Below are positions 58,790 to 64,000 of a stretch of DNA of 64,000 nt, one piece after another (position 1 is the first letter of the stretch; each line of letters begins with the position of its first letter). This stretch comes from the human T2T-CHM13v2.0 reference genome, Homo sapiens. Location of the stretch: the NCBI RefSeq assembly GCF_009914755.1, contig NC_060929.1; one strand, 5' to 3'. Both the position numbers and the translations under genes were made by a program. Below the pieces are notes generated by a model. The model made no database searches, had not been told where the DNA came from, and worked only from the letters and a program-made list of their open reading frames with translations.

Positions 58790-61700
58790 TGAGCCCTTCG
58801 TGGACTATGTTGAAAAAGGAAATATCTTTGGATAAAAACTAGAGAGAAGCCTTCTGATAAACTCCTTTGTGATGTGTACATACTTCTCACACAGTTAAAC
58901 CTTTCTTTTGATTGAGCAGTTTGCAAAGACTATTTTTGCAGAGTCTGCAAAGGTATATTTGGGAGTGCACCGAGGTTTATGGTGGAAAAGGAAATATCTT
59001 CAGAGAAAAACTAGACAGAATCTATCTGAGAAACTGCAATGTGATGGGTCTGTTCATCTCTGACGTATACGTTTCTTTTGAATGAGCAGTTTGCAAACAC
59101 AGTTTTTGCAAAATCTGCAGAACAATATTCAGTAGTGCAAAATAGCCTATGGTGAACAAGAAAATATCTTAAGATAAAAACTGGTAAGAATTGTTATGAG
59201 AAACTGCGTTCTGATGTGCATTCATCTCAGAGAGTTAAGTCCTTCTTTTGTTGGAAGAGTTTGCAAACACTGTTTTTGTAGAATCCACAAAGGGATATTT
59301 AGGAGTGCATTGTGGCCTATGGTGAAAAACGAAATATCTTCAGATAAAAACTAGAAACAAGCTTTTGGGAAGCTGCATTGTGATGTGTGCATTCATCTGA
59401 GAGAGTTAAACCTTTGTTTTGACTGAGCAGTTTGGAAACACTGTTTCTGCAAAATTTGTGAAGCGATATTAAGAAGAGCAAAAAAGCCTATGTTGAAAAA
59501 GGAAATAATTTCAGATAAAAACTGGAAAGAACTGTTATGAGAAACTGCTTTCTCATGTGTGTATTCATCTCACAGAGTTAAGTCCTTCTTTTGATGGAAC
59601 TGTTTGGAAACACTGTTTTTCTAGAATGTGCGAAGGGTTATTTGGGAGCCCATTTATGCATATGGTGGAAAAGGAAATATCTTCAGAGAAAAACTAGACA
59701 GAAGCATTCTGAGAAACTTCTTTGTGATGTGTGAATTCTTTTCACAGAGTTGAACCTTTCTTTTGATTGAGCACTTTGGAAACAGTATTTTTGTGGTATC
59801 CGTGAAGGGATATTTAGGAGCACATTGAAGCCTATGGTGAAAAGGGAAATATCTTAGGATAAAAACTAGAAAGAAGCTATTTGAGAAACTACTTTGTGAT
59901 GTGTGCATTTATCTCACAGAGTTATACTATTCTTTTAATTGATCAGTTTGGATACACTGTTTTTTTTAGGATCTGCAAAGGTATATTTGGTGAAAAAGGA
60001 AATGCTATCAGATAAAAACTAGAAAGAAGTTTTTGAGAAACTGCTTTGTGATGTAGGTGTTCAACTCACAGAGTTAAACCTGTTTTTTGATTGAGGAGTT
60101 TTGAAACAGTGTTTTGGTAGAATGTGCAAAGGGATATTTTTGAGCACATTGAGGCCTATGGTGGAAAAGGAAATATCTTCAGGGAAGAACTAGATAGAAA
60201 ATATGTGAGAAAGTGCTTTGTGACATGTGCATTCATGTGACAGATTTAAAACTTTCTTTTGATTGAGCTGTTTGGAAACACTGTGTTTGTAGTATCAGCA
60301 AATGTATATTTGGGAGTACACCGAAGGCTGAGGTGAAAAAGGAAATATCTTCAAATAAAAAATAGAAAGAAGCTTTGAGAAACTGCTTTGTGATGTGTGC
60401 ATTCAAGTCAGATAGTTAAAAGTGTTTTTTGATGAAGCCGTTTGTAAACACTGTTGTGGAATCTGTGATGGGATATTTGGCAGTGCATTGATGCCTATGG
60501 TGATAAAGGAAATATCTTTGGATAAAAACTACAAAGAAGCATTTTGAGAAACAGCTTTGTGATGTGTGTATTCCTTGCACAGAGATAAATATTTCTTTGG
60601 ACTGAGCAGTTTGGAAACAGTGTTTTTGTATAATCGATGAAGTGATGTTAAGTAGTGCAAAAATGCCTATTTTGAACAAGGAAATATCTTCAGATTGAAG
60701 CTGGAAAGAAGCGTTATGAGAAACTGCTTTCTGATGTGTGCATTCATCTCACAAAGTTAAATCCTTCTTTTGATGGAACAGATAGGAAATACTGTTTTTA
60801 TAGAATCTGTGAAGGGTTATTTGAGAATGCATTGAGGCATATGGTGGAAAAGGAAATATCTTCAGAGAACTAGACAGAATTTTTCTGAGAAGCTGCATTG
60901 TGAGATGTGCATTCAACTCACAGAGTTAAACCTGTTTTTTGATTGAGCAGCTTGGAAACACGGTTTTTGTAGAATCTTCGATGGGGTATTTTGGAGTGCT
61001 TTGAAGCCTATGGAGATAAAGGAAATAACTTCGGATAAAAACTAGAAAGAAGCTTTTTGAGAAACTGCTTCTGATAAAAAATAGAAAGAAGCTTTCTGAG
61101 AAACTGCTTTGTGATGTGTGCATTCAACTAACAGGGTTAGACCTGATTTTTGATTGAGCAGCTTGGTAACAATGTTTTTGTAGTACCTTCGATGGGATAT
61201 TTGGGAGTGCTTTGAAGCCTATGGTGATAAAGGAAATAACCTTGGATAAAAACTAGAAAGAATATTATTGAGAAACTGCTCTTTGATGTGTGCATTCAAC
61301 TCAGAGGGTTAAATCTTTCTTTTGACAGAGTAGTTTGGAAACAGTGCTTTTGCAAAATCTGGCAAACGATAACTGGTAGTGCAAAAAAGCTTATGGTGAA
61401 CAAGGAAATGTCTTCAGATAAAAACTGGAAAGAAGAATTATGAGAAACTGCTTTCTGATGCATGCATTCATCCTACAGAGTTAAGTCATTTTTTTCACGG
61501 AACAGTTTGGTAACACTGTTTTTGTAGAATTTGTAAAGTGATATGTGGGGCTGCATTGATCCTCATGGTGGAAAAGGAAATATCTTCAGGGAAGAAGTAG
61601 ACAGGAGCTTTCTGAGAAACTTCTTTGTGATTTGTGCATTCATCTCACAGAGTTACACCTTTCTTATGATTAAGCAGTTTGGAAACACTGATTTTGTAGA

Positions 61701-63262
61701 ATCCATGAAGGGATACAAGGGAACACATTTACACCTATGGTGAAAAAGGAAATAACTTCGAATAAAAACTAGAAATAAGTTTTTTGAGAAACTTCTTTGA
61801 AATGCGACCATTCATCTCATGGAGTTAAACCTTTCTATTGATTGATTTGTTTGGAAACACTGTTTTTGTGGTATCTGCAAAGGGATACTTGTGAGCACTT
61901 GAGGTCTATGGTGAAAAAGGAAATAACTTCAGATAAAAACTAGAAAGAAGCTTTCCGAGAAACTGCTTTGGGATGTGTGCATTCTTCTAAAAGAGTTAAA
62001 CGTGTTTTTTGCTTGAGCAGTTTGGAAACAGTTTTTTGTACAATCTGCAGAGGGATATTTTGGAGCACACAGATGCCTATGGTGAAAAAGGAAATAACTT
62101 TGGATAAAAACTAGAAAGAACGTTTTTGAGAAACTGCTTTGTGATGTATGCATTCATCTCACAGAGTTAAACATTTCTTTTCACTGAGCAATTGGAAACA
62201 CTCTTTGGTATTATCTGTGAAGCAATGTTATGTAGCCCACAATGGCCTATGGTGAACAAAGAAATGTCTTCAGATAAAAACTGGAAAGAAGCTTTATGAG
62301 AAACTGATTTCTGATGTGTGCCTTGATCTGACAGAGATAAATACTTCCTTTGATGGAACACTTCAGAAACACTGGCTTTATGAAAACTGTGAAGGGACAT
62401 TTCAGAGCACATAGAGGCCTATGGTGGAAAACAAATATCTTCAGAGAAGAATTAGAGAGAAACTATCTGAGAAGCTGATTTGAGATGTGTGCATTCATCT
62501 CAGAGTTAAACCTTTCTTTTGATTGGGTAGTTTGGAAACACTGTTTTGTAGAATCTGCAAAGGGATATTTAGGAGCTCAGTGATGCCTATGATGAAAAAT
62601 GAAATATCTCTGGATAAAAACTAGAAAGAAGCTCTTTGAGAAACTGCTTTGTGATGTTTGCATCCATCTCACAGAGTTCAGCTTTTCTTTTGACTGAACA
62701 GTTTGGAAACACTGTTTTGAATAAACTGTGAAGTGATGCTAGGTAGCGCAAAAATGCCTATGGTCAAAAAGGAAATATCTTCAGGTAAAAACTGGGAAGA
62801 AGTATTATGAGAAACTGCTTTGTTATCCTTGCGTTTATCTTACAGAGTTAAACCTTTCTTTTGGTTGAGCAGTTTGGAAACACCATTTTTGTAGAATCTG
62901 TGAAGAGATATTTGGGAGCACATTGAAACCTGGGGTGAAAAGGGATATATCTTCAGAGAAGAACTAGACAGAAGCTTTATGACAAACTTCTTTATGGGGT
63001 GTCTGTATTCATCTAACAGAGGTAAACCTTTCTTTCAATTGAGCAGTTTGGAAAGAGTTTTTTTAGAATCTGTAAAGGGATATTTGGGAGTGCATTGAAG
63101 CCTGGGGTGAAAAAGGCAATATCTTTGGATAAAAACTAGAAAGATGATTTTTGAGAAACTGCTCTGTGAAGTGTATGCTTAACTCACAGAGATAAACCTG
63201 TTTTTTGATTGAGTAGTTTGGAAACACTGTTTTTGTAGAATCTGCAACGGGATATTTGGGAG
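58790..63262 (+). repeat. Alpha satellite, same monomer types as the 15.5-42.9 kb block
   Basis: Return of TTGATTGAGCAG monomers and of the TAG(T/C)GCAAAAA..GAACAAGG / TTAAGTCCTTCTTTTGATGGAAC pair (~59120, 59460, 60640, 61370, 62220, 62730). Confidence 0.88.
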
Positions 63263-64000
63263 TGAAGGGGTGGGTTGGCCCTCCAAACATGTGGCTTTTT
63301 CTCATTAGGTGGAATGAGAGACTTGGAAAAGAAAGAGACACAGAGACAAAGTATAAAGGAAGAAAAAGGAGGCCCAGGAGACTGGCATTCAGCACACGGA
63401 GGATCCCCACTGGCCTCTGAGTTCCCTTAGTATTTATTGATCATTACTGTGTGTCTCTCTAAGAGGAGCATGTGGCAGGGTCATAGGATAATAGCGGAGA
63501 GAAGGTCAGCAGCTAAACACGTGAATAAAGTTCTCTGCATCATAAACAAGGTAAATAATTAAGTACTGTGTTTTAGATATGTATACACATAAACATCTCA
63601 ATGCCTTAAAGAGCAGTATTGCTGCCCGCATGTCCCACCTCCAGCGCTAAGGTGGTTTTCCCCTATCTCAGTAGATGGAATATACAATTGGGTTTTATCC
63701 AGGGATGAGCAGGAGACAGATGCCTTCCTCTTGTCTCAACTGCAAAGAGGCATTCCTTCCTCTTTTCCTAATCCGCCTCAGCACAGAGCCTTTATGGGTG
63801 TCGGGCTGGTGGATGGTCAGGTCTTTCCATTCCCACGAGGCCATATCTCAGGCTGTCACATGGGGAGAGACCTTGGACAATAACTGGCTTCCCTAGGCAG
63901 AGTTCCCTGTGGTCTTCCACAGTGTTTTGTGTCCCTGGGTACTTGTGATTAGGGAGTGGTGATGACTCTTAACAAGCTTGCTGCCTTCAAGCATTTGTTT
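63263..64000 (-). mobile_element. HERV-K(HML-2) LTR5 (older LTR5A/B-like), solo or 3' LTR, runs off the window
   Basis: Begins TGAAGGGGTGGGTTGGCCCTCC..GAGACTTGGAAAAGAAAGAGACACAGAGACAAAGTATA, the reverse complement of the LTR5 U5 end (..CCCACCCCTTCA). U5 abuts satellite, not a primer-binding site. Confidence 0.88.
63433..63438 (-). promoter_or_regulatory. LTR polyadenylation signal AATAAA
   Basis: TTTATT on the plus strand in GTTCCCTTAGTATTTATTGATC, the position expected in LTR5. Confidence 0.7.

Noticed and set aside
63063-63896. ORFs of 115 aa and 73 aa overlapping the LTR
   Set aside because: They lie in non-coding LTR and satellite sequence with no recognisable retroviral protein motifs.

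Overview
Human pericentromeric, non-HOR ('dead layer') alpha satellite (~171 bp monomers, one orientation, pJalpha-type motif, no CENP-B box seen). It has four blocks: an ancient dimeric block (1-~15.5 kb), a monomeric block with relict higher-order order (~15.5-42.9 kb, resuming ~58.8-63.3 kb), and a distinct block with 4-mer repeats (~45.6-58.8 kb). Nine truncated LINE-1 elements at eight loci (L1PA4-like to L1HS-Ta) interrupt the array, and a HERV-K(HML-2) LTR5 runs off the right edge. I see no intact gene, RNA gene, CRISPR array or new protein-coding system; all listed ORFs are L1 ORF2 debris or chance frames. The notable signals are retrotransposition and repair footprints: (1) a 109-bp-arm fold-back palindrome at an L1 5' junction; (2) a 98-bp tract of seven private variants, including a stop codon, shared by two L1s 35 kb apart; (3) a young L1HS-Ta with a 3' transduction and 5' inversion; (4) two L1s fused head-to-head at a satellite block boundary. 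Subfamily and consensus comparisons are from memory and by eye, not from an alignment run.
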